Assembly (NCBI GenBank): GCA_038087875.1
Contig: CM075988.1
Span: 18,726,001 to 18,790,000 of the forward strand
From: Malacoraja senta
Taxonomy: Eukaryota
Length of the DNA: 64,000 nt
Reading direction: 5' to 3'
Shown: in pieces, positions 1-12,300 of the stretch
How the letters are laid out: each line of letters starts with the position of its first letter
How positions within the stretch are numbered: the stretch's first letter is position 1
The notes under the pieces: model-generated
Database searches by the model: none
What the model was told of the DNA's origin: nothing
What the model saw: only the letters and a program-made list of their open reading frames with translations
Translations under genes and position numbers: made by a program

Positions 1-174
1 TACACGTCACTCCATTGGATTTTGCAGGAGTAGTCTATCTCGCTCCGCTCTATGATCTTTGGTCCTGCCACCTCCACTCTTCCAGCTTTCTTTCCCACTC
101 CCCCACAGTCAGTCCTGACTCAAAACATCACCAATCCATGTTCTCCAGGGAAGCTTTCAGAGAATGCAAAAGCA

Positions 175-292
175 AAGCTCTGGGCCTAGTGTGTGTAGGA
201 TAGTGTTGGTGTGCGGGGATCGCTGGTCGGTGAGGCCTCGGTGGGCCGAATGACCTGTTTCTGCGCTGTATCTAAACTAAACTAAACTAAAA
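175..292 (+). mobile_element. 3' part of HE1-like V-SINE
   Basis: gggatcgctggtcgg...gggccgaa...cctgtttctgcgctgtatc followed by (taaac)n tail, same as the full copies elsewhere in the window. Confidence 0.75.
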
Positions 293-602
293 AAGACTGT
301 GGAAGTAGCTGGGATGTCAAGGAACCCATGGGTTTAAGAACGTTGGCAATGGGTTGAGTCGAAGTGAGTTAACAACAAACTCTTCAAAGATGCTAAAGAG
401 ACTCAGAGATTTTTGGAAACATCACGTTGGGTATTAACTATTCTTCAAATTCACAGGAAACTTTATAAAAGAAATCAAAAAAATGCATCTCATCCATGGG
501 ATTATGAGGAACTCCAGTTATTGGTGTAGAGTTGGCACCATGGACCTTTCATTACTAATATTTCATCGACAGATAAAAACTCAACTCAAATAATGTGTTC
601 GA

Positions 603-2415
603 GAACTATCAAGGGGCAATAGACAAGGATGTTCATTATCACCGCTGTTATTTGCTTTAGTAATTGAACCCCTTGCTGAAAAAATAAGAACACACATGGA
701 TATTTACGGTTATAATACAAAATATTCAAATAACAAAATATCCCTATATGCCGATGATGTACTACTGTACATCACAAAACCACAAATTAGTATACCAAAT
801 ATATTAAATTTAATTGAGGACTTTGGATCCTTCTCAGGATATAGAATAAATTGGAACAAAAGTGAAATTATGTCGATAAAACCAAAAGACTCAACACACC
901 TCAGGAAATTCCCCTTTAAAATAGCTACAGAAAAATTCAAATATTTGGGAATTGAAATTACTAGAAATTACCAGGATATGTTTAAAGCCAATTATAATCC
1001 CTTACTTAATAAATTAAATAATATGATTAAATTCTGGAAAACACTTCCGATGTCCCTAATAGGCAGAATAAATGCTATAAAATGATTTTCTTACCACAAA
1101 TCCTATACCTATTTCAATCAATACCTATATATCTCCCAAAAAAGTTTTTCAAAAAATTGGACAGACATTACAAATTTTATATGGGATTATAAATCCCATA
1201 GAATACAAAGAGCTCACCTTAATAAACGAAAAGAGTTGGGGGGGTCTCGCGCTCCCTAACTTTATGTATTATAATTGGGCAGTAAATATTAAAAATATGA
1301 TTCACCTGCTGGACAATTCTGCCCAGCAGGCGATCTAGATTGTAATGGAAAAAGGGGACTGCTCCCCGAGTAATATAGGAGCGATTATTCTCTCTCCAAT
1401 AAATTTGAATAATAAAAATTATAATAAAAATCCAATTATAAATAGCACAATTAGAACATGGAAACAAATAAAACAGAATCTAAAATTAAGAAACCTATCT
1501 CTCTCAATACCAATAGTTAATAATCCATCGTTTAAACCTTCAACCATAGACAAATCATTTATACAATGGGAAAGAATGGGAATCAAAACGCTCGAAGATC
1601 TGTATGAATTGGGAAAATTACTATCATTTCAACAACTACAACTGAAATATAATTTGAAAAATAACCAATATTTTAAATATCTACAAATTCGGGATTACCT
1701 GAAAAAACACACAAAAGACTATCATAATATGCCTCCCGACTTACTAGATGAAGCAATGAAGACAAAGGCGGAATCAGCTAATTTAATATCGTACTTATAT
1801 AATATCATTTTAAACATAGAAATACCCACAACAGATGGAATTAGAAGAGACTGGGAACAAGAATTAGCTATAAAAATTTCAAAAGAGAGCTGGGATAACC
1901 ATTTACTACAGGTGCATAAATGTTCGATCAACGTACGACATACGCTCATCCAATTCAAAACATTACATAGACTATATTATTCAAAAACTAAATTAAATAA
2001 AATCTTTCCTAATGTTTCACCAATCTGTGATAAATGTCTATGTCAAGAAGCTACCATAGCGCATTCTTTTGTTTTTTGTACAAAAATCCAAAAATTCTGG
2101 TATGAAATATTTGATATTTTTTCAAAATTAATTAAAATAAAACTGGTACCAAAACCAGAATGGATCATTTTTGGAATATCGGACGGTATCCCTGAATTAA
2201 ACGTGTATCAGAAGAACTTATTCAATTACGGGCTAATAATGGGAAAAAAGCTCATACTTAAATTCTGGAAAAATGCGCCCACACCAACAATAAAAATGTG
2301 GACATCAAATATGTTTGAAACATTACATCTGGAAGAGATGAGATTCCTCTTAGCAGGTAAAGCAGACCAATTCCAAAAGACGTGGTCTACGTTTCTGGAC
2401 CTATCACAAGCATGA
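603..2415 (+). pseudogene. L1 ORF2 remnant (reverse transcriptase plus C-terminal Cys-His domain), frameshifted
   Basis: ORFs 696-1085 (YADD, GYRINWNKSE, FKYLGI) and 1345-2415 (CDKCLCQEATIAHSFVFC) lie in different frames, with breaks near 1080-1330. Confidence 0.9.
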
Positions 2416-2787
2416 GGTGCAATAGTAATTTAAAAAATAAATAAATAAAGAAATGGTATCAGGACCTGGTAATGGGAGGTAAAACAATAAAAACAGACTT
2501 GGTTGGTGGTTCCCTTTCTGCGATTGTTCCTACTTTCTTTTTCTTTCTTTTCTAGGATCTACTTTCTTACTTTACTTCCTTCTCTAACTTCTTTTCTAAG
2601 GGGCTTTCTTTTCCTAACACTCTCTTGCACCTCACGACTCTTGCGCACTTTCTTTACTTCTCTTACTTCTATCTTTCTTTTAAAGCTCAAAAAAATGAAG
2701 CTATAAAAAATGTATTAAGATATAAGTGTTGTGTATTATTGTAATTTACCGTACTTCTAATAAAAATAATTTAAAAAAAATAGTAAT
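603..2787 (+). mobile_element. 5'-truncated L1-clade non-LTR retrotransposon (RT C-terminal half, CCHC knuckle, 3' UTR, A-rich tail)
   Basis: Translation from 603 gives ELSRGNRQGCSLSPLLFALVIEPLA...ISLYADDVLLY (RT motifs). Ends with AATAAA and an A-rich tail. TSD AATAATGTGTTCGA at 589-602 and 2788-2801. Confidence 0.95.
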
Positions 2788-3114
2788 AATAATGTGTTCG
2801 AAACATTTTATCATACACGGCAGGAATGATGATTCTTTGGTGTGTCTCAAACAAGTACATTTAGGACTAGTTTGGGTCCTTGCATAATTCATAGCTTCTT
2901 GCAGAGGTGGGCACAGTTACTTTGATCCACACCTCCTCTCGAAATGGTCTGCACTCATACGTTTTGTTACCTAATCCACCCACGCCAATCCTTAAAACGT
3001 AAATACTATTTCTTGGATGTCAAGGAAAGCCTTTGTGTTTCTCAAGCAACCGCGGTGAGCCGCAGGGATCCTACGAAGAAGGCATTTGGCGCACGTGTCT
3101 TCATCGTGAAGGGG

Positions 3115-3705
3115 TACTGACAACAAAGTTGGGACATGGTAATGCAGCTATACAAGTGAGAGACTTGCCTTGGAGTACCGTGTGCAGTCCTGATCACTCG
3201 GCTCCCGGGTGGATGCCATTAAGTCGGAAAGGGTGGGGGAGACATTCACCAGGATGTTACCAGGGCTTGCGGGCTTGAGTTATAGGGGAGAGGCTGGACA
3301 GCCTGGGACACTCTTCTTTGGAGCGTAGGAGGCTGAGGGGTGACCTTATTGAGGTGTACAAGATCATGAGAGGCAGGGGTGAAGTGAATGCTCACAATCC
3401 TTTCCCCAGGGTGGAGAATTCTAAAGCTAGAGGGCATAGGCTTAAGGTGAGAGGAGAGAGATTTAAGAGGGACCTTAGGGGCAACCTTTTCACTCAGAAG
3501 GTCGTCCATATCTGGAATGAGCTGCCAGAGGAACCTGAAGAAGCATAATGATTTTTAAAAGACATTTGGACGGATATAGGGATAGGAAGAGGTTAGAGGG
3601 CCCTGGGGCAAATGCAGGCAAATGGAGCTAGCCCAGTGTGCCAAAGTGCTGGGCATAGACAAGGTGGGCCGAAGGGCCTGTTTCCATGCTGTACAACTCT
3701 GTGAC
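3115..3705 (+). mobile_element. CR1/HER1-like LINE 3' fragment
   Basis: ORF 3318-3548 LERRRLRGDLIEVYKIM...RGHRLKV...FTQKVVHIWNELP is the CR1 ORF2 C-terminus; followed by the gggccgaagggcctgtttcc tail. Confidence 0.9.
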
Positions 3706-3724
3706 CATCACCTCAACAGCTCCC

Positions 3725-4025
3725 AAATGTCATCCCTCAACCAACATCAAAGAAGGAGGTTATTGTTAACCATCTTGTTACTGTCATGCACGATTTGACG
3801 TGGATCATGTGCAGGCAGATGGGATCAGTTTAACTTGGCATCATGGCCAGCATAAACATTATGGGCCAAAGGGCCTGTTCATGTGCTGTACTAATCTATG
3901 TTCTATGTTTTATTAACAGCGGCGACCACTCTTCACAAAGCACTTTCCTGCCTTTATAGATTTTGGGGAAATCTGAAAGGAATGTCAAAGTGTTTACAAA
4001 ACCACAAGCCTTGATTGTTTTTTTT
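3725..4025 (+). mobile_element. Degenerate Deu-domain SINE (SacSINE1-like) relic, interrupted by a CR1-type tail
   Basis: catccctcaaccaacatca and gaccactcttcacaaagcacttt resemble the Deu-SINE core and tail as I recall them; not aligned. Confidence 0.45.
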
Positions 4026-4580
4026 CCGATGTACTTTACGGGCAATGGGACACTTTCAGACTGTAGCCAGTGTTGTTCTTTCCATATTTCTCTCTAGCCG
4101 CAAAGGAGATTGAGTTTATGCCAATGCACCGAGCGATCCCAACAATTCCATCCTCCGACTATGACCCCTCCCTAACCCGACTCAGTTCAGTTTTATTTAT
4201 CGTCAGGTGTACCGAGGTACAGTGAAAAGCTTTTTGCTTGCATACCCAATGTATACAAATAGCGGCCACCTACAGCGCTGACAAAGTTACAAAGCGTGCC
4301 AGCTCCTCCTTTTGTTGTTCCCCCTCCCCACAGCGGTCCCCCCATCCCCCCCCCCCCCCCATGCCAGGTCCCCATTGTCCATTGTGCGGAGGGGGAGAGG
4401 AGATCGTTACTGACAGATCTGTGAAAGTGGGAGGAAGTTCATACGGGCTCATAGTGTCGTATATCTCAGAAAAAAAGCCCTTCAGGCCATCTTACCCATG
4501 CCCCATCTACCCTAGCCCCACCTGCCCGCGATTGGCCCATATCCCTCTAAACCTTTCCTGTCTATGTACCTGTCCAAATG

Positions 4581-4789
4581 CTGTACTTCAGATGTCTGAA
4601 GGAACTACAGATACTGGTTTAATCAATCCAAAGATAGACACAAAATGCTGGAGTAACTCAACGGTTCAGGCAGCATCTCGGGAGAGAAGGAATGGGTGAC
4701 GTTTCGGGTTGACACCCTTCTTCAGAACCGTCACCCATTCCTTCTGTCCAGAGATGTTGCCTGTCCCGCTGAGTTACTCCAGCATTCCC
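4581..4789. mobile_element. Fold-back pair of Penelope-derived short units inside a CR1 tail
   Basis: gctggagtaactc...gtgacgtttcgggttgacacccttcttcag followed by the inverted cgtcacccattcc...gagttactccagc. Flanks tgtacctgtccaaatg (4565-4580) and tgcacctgtccatatg (4790-4805) look like a decayed TSD. Confidence 0.75.
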
Positions 4790-5099
4790 TGCACCTGTCC
4801 ATATGGCTTTTAAATGTTATAATAGCACCTGCCTCAACTACCTCTTCTGGCAGCTCGTTCCATGTAACCTCTATCGTCTGTGTGCAAAAGTTGCCCCTCA
4901 GGTTCTCAGCATAAACCAATGTCATCTGGTTCTTGATCTCCCAACTCTGGGTAAAAGACTTGATTCATTCACCCCATCTATTCCCCTCTTGAATTTATAC
5001 GCTGGAGCATAAATGCTGGCTTGGAATATTTGGGTTGAATGACCCACTGTAATATAATGTAAAAATTAGCAGTTGTTTGTTCAATTGTATCATCTACCC

Positions 5100-5645
5100 T
5101 GCCATTCAGTCATGGCTGATCTATCTTTCCCTCTTAACCCCATTCTCCTGCCTTCTCCCCATAACCCCTGACACCCGTACTAAGCACGAATTTGTAAATC
5201 TCCGCCTTAAAAATATCCATCAACTTGGCAAAGAGTTCCACAGATTCACCACCCTCTGACTAAAGAAATTCCTCCTCATCTCCCTTTTAAAAGTATGTCC
5301 TTTGATTCTGAGGCTATGGCCTCTGGTCCTAGACTCTCCCCCTAGTGGAAACATCCTCTCCACATCCACTCTATCCAGGCCTTTCACTATTCGGTAAGTT
5401 TCAATGAGGTCCCCCTCATTCTTCTAAACTCCAGCGAGTACAGGCCCAGTGCCGTCATATGCTTGTCATACGTTAACCCAACCATTCCTGTGGTCATTCT
5501 CGTGAACTACCTCTAGACCCTCTCCAATGCTAGCACATCCTTCCTCAGATATGCGGTCCAAAACTGTTCACAATACTCCAAATGCAGCCTGACCGGTGCC
5601 TTATAAAGCCACTGCATTACATCCCTGCTTTTATATGTAGTCCTC
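5100..5645 (-). mobile_element. CR1-like LINE 3' fragment
   Basis: Reverse strand reads as CR1 ORF2 end plus 3' UTR (cacagattcaccaccctctg, ccccattctcctgccttctcccc). Confidence 0.85.
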
Positions 5646-5834
5646 TCCAAATAAATTTTAGTTGGCATGCGAACGTTAAGCCAAACGCCCTGTTTTCATG
5701 GCTCTATGACCTGCCTTGTCCCAGTCCCATCTAAGCTAGTCACATTTACGATACGATACGATACAATAGAACTTTATTTATCCCGGGAGGGAAATTGATC
5801 TGCCAACAGTCATAAAAATACATGAAACACAAAA

Positions 5835-6073
5835 TTAGAAACATAGAAACTAGGTGTAGGAGTAGGCCATTCGGCCCTTTGAGCCAGCACTGCCATTCAA
5901 TATGATCATGGCTGATCATCTAAAATCAGTACCCCGTTCCTGCTTTCTCCCCATATCCCTTGATTCCATTAGCCCTAAGAGCTATATCGAACTCTCTTCA
6001 AAACATCCACTGAATTGGTCTCCATTGCCTTCTGTGGCGGAGAATTTCACAGATTCACAACTCTCTGGGTGAA
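5835..6073 (-). mobile_element. CR1-like LINE 3' end with (atagaaac)n tail
   Basis: agaaacatagaaac...ggccattcggccc...gatcatggctgatc, matching the copies at 27935 and 30630. Confidence 0.85.
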
Positions 6074-6134
6074 ATTAAAGTGACGAGTGGAAAGGATTTG
6101 GGATGTGCATAGAGGGGGGGGGGAAGGGGGCAAT

Positions 6135-6232
6135 GTCAGTCTCAGTCTCAGTCTCAGTCTCAGTCTCAGTCTCAGTCTCAGTCTCAGTCTCAGTCTCAGT
6201 CTCAGTCTCAGTCTCAGTCTCAGTCTCAGTCT
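6135..6232. repeat. (TCTCAG)n hexanucleotide microsatellite, about 16 units
   Basis: Perfect tandem run; explains the SL/ET/RL repeat ORFs. Confidence 0.98.
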
Positions 6233-8584
6233 CCCCCATGACAGAAGTGGGAGGAGTTGTACAGTTTGACCACTTTTGATCCACATCCCTCGAAACCATC
6301 CATAATAGAGCTCTAACCAGAACACAGATCTCACTGTGGATCTTTTAAAAAAAATCAATGAATATATTTTCTGCCTGTTAATGGTCTATAGTTGCCAGAG
6401 GAAATAAAATTCTTGCCTCTTCAGCCAAGCGTTAACTGCTTGACATTTTGCTGCTCACAATCACACCATGACACCCAGTGATTGCCCTCAGTAAATGTAA
6501 GGCATTCACTTTGAAATGTTTCTCTGTGCAGGAGCGGATGAGTGCGAGAATGGACACCCTTCACTCTGTTATCGTTCGCCGTTGCCAGTCAAGGCCTCTT
6601 CAGCATCCACCGGCAATTGCATCCTGTTGGTTGCGTCTGTGAAACCAATGGGCAGCTCGTTCCAAAATAGCAGCTGTTATGTCCCTGGGTCGAGCTGTCA
6701 ATATCCACACATAAAGTGTCTACCTGGCGGCCAGTGTGCTGGAAGATTTACCGACTCAGCAGATGGTGCCTCGCTGAAAGGTTTTCTTCACCTCTCTCCC
6801 GCCTCATTAGAGAAAAGGACAATCCCAGGGCTTCAACCTCTGAGGCCACACTGAGCCACTGTTCAATAGCTGCCTTGTTCCACTGACGTCCAAGGTATAC
6901 AAAACCGCGAGAGGAATAGATCGGGTAGACATAGACAGTCTTTTGCCCAGAGTCGGGGAATCGAGAACCAGAGTACATAGGTTTAATGTGAGGGGGGAAA
7001 GATTCGCACACTATATTACAGAGGAGAAGTAGGCTATTCGGCCCAACTAGTTCATGCCAGCATCTATGCTCCAGCATATAAATTCATGAGGGGAATATAT
7101 CTGGTGAATGCACAGAGTCTTTTGCCCAGAGTAGGGAGTTGAGAACCAGAGGACATTGGTTTAACATGAGGGGGGGGGGGAGATTTAATAGGAACCAGAG
7201 GGGTAACCTTTTTCGCAAAGATTAGTGGGTGCATGGAACGAGCTCCCAGATGGGGTAGTTGAAGCAGGTACATTTAACTCAACATTTAAGAAACATTCGG
7301 ATAGGTACATGGATAAGATAGGTTAAAGAGGGATATGGGCCAAATGCAGGCAAGTGGGATGAGTAGATGGGACATGTTGGTTGACATGGGCAAGCTGTGC
7401 CTAAAAGCCTGTTCCCACGTTGCATCAATCTACGACTCTCTGACTCTCCAGAGATTGTGATGTCATTAATTTAACCTCAATTAATAAATGCCATCTTCCA
7501 TAGCATTGGTGAATGGAGATAGACCAGTTTTCATTTGTAGATGATCTTTTGAGCTCAATTAACAGTGGACTCTAAAATGTCTGTCACCTTTTGGGTAAAA
7601 TCATTGGTGTCTGAAGGCTGTACCACTTGAAGCATGCATGGTGTGATTAATGTTCCCGATGCTGATGTAATGAAGTTAGGTGTGAAAGTTCCAGCCAGTC
7701 TTCATCTCTGAAAGAAAACCGGAGCACCAAAGCTCCCCGACACTGCGAGCCTATCTTTTATGTGATGAAATACTCGAGATTTAATGAGAATTATTGATAA
7801 CCTTCCAGAACCTTGCAGAGTGAAAGAAAAAGATACTAAAACACGAATAAATATTTTAACCTTAATTGGTGCTAATATTTTCAAACTGGTTTAATAAGGG
7901 CACATTAGTGTCTGTTTTCATTAGGTATGATTGTTACTTAGCGGTTTAATGAGTGTCTAGGTGACTTAAAAAGATTTTAATTCTGTTATAAAAGTATTGG
8001 GCAAATCTTGGCACTTGGACAGGTCCTGATGGAGGGTCATTACTTGAAACATCATCCATCGCTTTACCTCAGGAACAGCTTCTTCCTCACTGTTATCAGA
8101 CTACTGAATGGTCCTCCCATGAGCTAGGATGTAGTTCCGATCTTCCAACCTACCTCATTGCAGATGCTGGACTTTTCTTCTGTAACTAACACGATAATGC
8201 AGTAGCATTATCTATATTACTAAAAGTAAGATCTTGACCACTTCCTGTTTTACTGTTTCGTGATTTTAGAAAAAACGCTGCCACCTACGGCTGTAGTTTT
8301 TGGCCATCTTACTCAGAGTCCCCCTCCGCTGTGCAGGAAAAAGAGGATTTTTCCCATCAATTAAAAATAAAAGAGTTTTTAATGTTTAAAAAATGTTGAG
8401 ATTCTCTCTGCTGCCCCTGCTGGTGGGAGGGGGAGGGACTATAAAACCCAGAAGTGTTGTGCCTCACTCAGTCCCTGCAAGATAGAGGAAGCGAGAGGGT
8501 TATGTCTCTCTGAGCTGTGAATAACACTGAACACATGTCTACTCAACTGTGAGTGCCCTTAATGTGGTTTGAAAATGAAAATGT

Positions 8585-8712
8585 GGTTGCTTTGAAATGC
8601 TGCACTGCAAATGGTTGTTGGTGGGGGGTTGCTTTGAAATGCTGCACTGCAAATGGTTGTTGGTGGAGGGGGGGGGTTGCTTTGAAATGCTGCACTGAAA
8701 ATGGTTGTTGGT
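8585..8712. repeat. Three tandem ~42-48 bp copies inside the Helitron
   Basis: ggttgctttgaaatgctgcactg(c/a)aaatggttgttggt x3, separated by G-runs. Confidence 0.9.
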
Positions 8713-9120
8713 CTAAACTTGACAACTTCCTGTTTGCACTGTATATTGATTTTAGATAAAACGCTACCACTTATGGCTCTGATTTCTGACCATCTTACTC
8801 AGTCCTCCTCCGCTCATCAGGTGCAGAGAATTCTGCCCATCAATAACAAATAAAAGTGTTATTAGTGTTTAAAAAAATGTTGAGAATCGCTTTCCTGTCA
8901 ATCACGCCATGAAGGCCATGCCCCTTCCGGTGGGAGGGGGGAGGGATTATAAAACATAGAAGTGTGGGAGTGGCTCGGTCTCTGCAAGATGGGGAGGGAG
9001 AGGTCACGACTGTCTGAGCTGTGAATCAACTGAACACACTGAATGTCTACTGAACTGTGAGTGTAGTGTTTACGTGGTGTTTTGTGTGGTTTTATGGTGG
9101 TTTTATGGTGGTTTCACCAT

Positions 9121-9800
9121 GCTTGAAATGGTATGAAACTGCATTTGAATGTGGTGGCCTTGCACCGTACATGAAGTGGCATGAAACTGCACTTGAATTT
9201 GGTGGCCTTGCACCCTGGTTGACATGGAATGAAACTGCACTTCAATCTGGTGGCCTTGCACCCTGCTTGAAATGGCATGAAACTGCACTTGAATTTGGTG
9301 GCCTTGCACCGTACATGAAGTGGCATGAAACTGCACTTGAATTTGGTGGCCTTGCACCCTGGTTGAAGTGGTAGGAAACTGCGCTTGTGTTTAGTGGCCC
9401 TGCACCCTGCTTGAAGTCGTAGGAAACTGCACTTGAGTTTGGTGGCCCTGCACGTTGTTTGAAGTGGTAGGAAACTGCACTTGAATTCGGTGGCCTTGCA
9501 CCCTGCTTGGTGGTTGGAAACTGCACCTGAATTTGGTGGCCTTGCACCCTGCTTAAAGTGGTAAGAAACTGCACTTGAATTTGGTGGCCTTGCACCCTGC
9601 TTGAAATGGTAGGAATGCATTTGAATTTGGTGGCCTTGCACCCTGCTTGAAGTGGTATGAAACTGCAATTGAATTTGGTGGCCTTGAACCCTGCTTGAAG
9701 TGGTAAGAAACTGCACTTAAATTTGGTGGCCTTGCACCCTGCTTGAAATGGTAGGAAACTGCATTTGAATTTGGTGGCCTTGCACCCTGCTTGAAATGGA
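9121..9800. repeat. 48-bp minisatellite, about 14 copies, inside the Helitron
   Basis: Unit ~TGGTAGGAAACTGCACTTGAATTTGGTGGCCTTGCACCCTGCTTGAAG; 16-aa periodicity in the overlapping ORFs. Confidence 0.95.
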
Positions 9801-10375
9801 ATTTCAAAGAATAGCCGTGAGTCAACTGCTAGCCCACCAGCCGTGAGTGAGTGAGCTGCCAGCACATCAGGCTTGAGTGACTGAGCTGCCACCCCAAGAA
9901 TCCATTTGTCCCACAATGTCCATACTAGCCCTTGGTAACCAATCCCTTCAGCCCACAATACCCATACTAGTGCTCCAGAAAGACCCCCCTCCCCCCACTG
10001 GCCACCAATATTGGAATTGGTGGAGAGGTGGAATATTGCGTTGGGGGACCAGCCCTCCCGTGTGAACATGGGACCCAACGGGTCCCACTTAGTCTAGTAT
10101 TCTGGTATTTTTCTCTTTGCACTCCCTATTGCTCCTGTGTGTGTACAAACAAAGAACCGCAGATGCTGATTAATTCACACAAGGGCACAAAGTGCTGTAC
10201 TTCAGATGTCTGAAGTATCGTCTTGACGTGAACCTTCACCTATCCATGTTCTCCAGGGATGATGCCTGACCCGCTGAGTTACTCCAGCATCTTGTGTCCA
10301 TACCTGTGTATGTCTCTTGATTGAACTCGGGTCTGGTATGATTTGACAGAATAGCATGCAAACAAAAGCTTTTAG

Positions 10376-10675
10376 TCTCTAGTCTTTGGTGATACAGCAC
10401 GGAAACAGGGCCTTTGGCCCACCGAGTCCATGCCAATCAGCGATCACTCTGTACACACTCGCTATCCTACACGCTAGGGATGGTTTACAATTTTACCGAA
10501 GCCTATTAGCCTTCAAACCTGCACGTCTTTGGAATGTGGGAGGAAACCAGAGCACCCAGAGAAACCCCACGTGGTCACACGGGGAGAACGTAAAGCTCCG
10601 TACAGACAACACCCGTAGTTAGGATCGAACCCGGGTCTCTGGTGCTGTAAGGCAGCAACTTACCGCCGTGCCGTC
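10376..10675 (-). mobile_element. HE1-like tRNA-derived V-SINE
   Basis: Reverse complement of tRNA-like head (gggttcgatcc B box), V domain and CR1-type tail. Confidence 0.85.
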
Positions 10676-11299
10676 CAGCATTTTGCTGCGTCTCGGTACA
10701 CATGCCAACAACAAACCAATGCATCTACCACAGATGCTGCCTGACTCACTGAGTTCCTGCTGCAACCTGTTTCTTGCTCCAGATTCCAGCATCTGCGGTC
10801 TTTCAACTTGGCAAACCTTTTCCCTTTCACGCTTGAGAAAGCAGCATCCCAAGTGAGTTGTGGCTTTTATTGTAAGACCAATATTGCTGTATCCAGTTCT
10901 CGCACATTGTGAGGCATTGCATGTCACTAAACTGCATCTGTTATTTAACAAAGAAGATTTATTGACCCATTAAACATTGATGAGAAGTTTGTTGCTTTAC
11001 CAGGCAAATTATTCAAAATACACACAGTTTATACATCAGAATGAGCACTTTCTAATGTCAATTTCTAATGCCACATTGAGAGTGTAATTAATTTTGTAGT
11101 AGATTTGGTATTTGAGGTCCAGATATGTTGCCGTTTTGTTTGAAAATATTAACATTTATATGCGCAGTAAAAAATAGCTAAAAATAAAGGTGAAGTTAAT
11201 GCACACTAGTTACACAGAGAATATGTTATGTAATACGTTGTAGTATAACCACATTCTGGAAATCATCAAACTCACGTTTACCTAATGTATACCAGCCTG

Positions 11300-11455
11300 C
11301 ATCTTGTTCGATATTCTATAAAGAACCACACCACCCTGGCCACGCTCTCATCTCGCTGCTACCATCGGGAGGAAGGTACAGGAGTCTGAAAACCGCGACC
11401 TCCAGGTTCAAGAGCAGCTCCTTCCCAGCAACCATCAGACTCTTGAACATTCACC
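11300..11455 (+). mobile_element. Rex1/Babar-like LINE fragment
   Basis: Encodes PHHPGHALISLLPSGGRYRSLKTATSRFKSSSFPATIRLLN, the typical Rex1 ORF C-terminus. Confidence 0.7.
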
Positions 11456-11484
11456 TCAGCAACTATAATCTTCTATGAACTGTG

Positions 11485-11788
11485 TTTAGTTATGTTTAGT
11501 TTGGAGATACAGCGTGGAAACAGTCCACTGAGTCCGCGCCGACCAGCGATCCCCGCACTCTGGCGCTATCCTACACACACTAGGGACCATTTACATTTAC
11601 ACCAAGCCAATTAACCTACAAACCTGTACGTATTTGGAGTGTGGGAGGAAACCGAAGATCCCGGAGAAAACCCACGCAGGTCACGGGGAGAACGTACAAA
11701 CTCTGTACAGGCAGCACCCGTAGTCAGAATCGAACCTGGGTCTATGGCTCTGTAAGGCAGCAACTCTACACCTGCTCCACCGTGCCAT
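11485..11788 (-). mobile_element. HE1-like V-SINE
   Basis: Head, V domain (ggagtgtgggaggaaacc) and (gttta)n tail on the minus strand. Confidence 0.88.
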
Positions 11789-12300
11789 GTCACTAAACTG
11801 TCTTTGTCGCACCATAGACCTTGGTTTTGCACTATTATCTAGTATTACATTTAATTATTTATTGTGTTATTAATTATTAAATATTTTTGTATGATTGTAT
11901 TTAAGGGCTCGTTAAGCTGCAGTAAGTAAGAATTTTGCTTTTCCATTACCAGTGTGACAATAGAACACTCTTGACTTTTGTCTCTTGACTCTTTGATTCT
12001 ATCTTGTATATGAAAAGGCTTACAATTTGATCTTGAACTGTATAGAAAGAGAATTGGAGAGAATTTATAAACTGATCTGAGGTAAAATCCATGTCTGAAG
12101 AAAATGGAATCCGCTCGAGAAGGGTCTTCAGAATGTTGGTTCTCTCAGTCAGTTCTCCAGAGATATTGCCTGACCTGCTGAAGGTTTCAGAATGATAATG
12201 GATAACTGGGTTGATAGAAAGGAAGGGAATGAGGATACTGAAATCCACAAAAGAAAGCAGGAGCAGCAATATGCCAAGTAGACACAAAGTGCTGGAATTA

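Larger units (their letters stand above)
8211..10097 (+). mobile_element. Non-autonomous Helitron
   Basis: Starts TC (TCTATATTACTAAAAG) after A; ends CTAG (10094-10097) before T; subterminal hairpin TGGGACCC-AAC-GGGTCCCA at 10069-10087; no TSD. Flanks rejoin as gtagcatta|tattctgg. Confidence 0.88.

Noticed and set aside
9121..9800. CRISPR-like array or repeat protein ORFs (200 and 278 aa)
   Set aside because: Units are head-to-tail with no unique spacers, there are no cas genes and the context is eukaryotic. The ORFs result from the 48-bp period.
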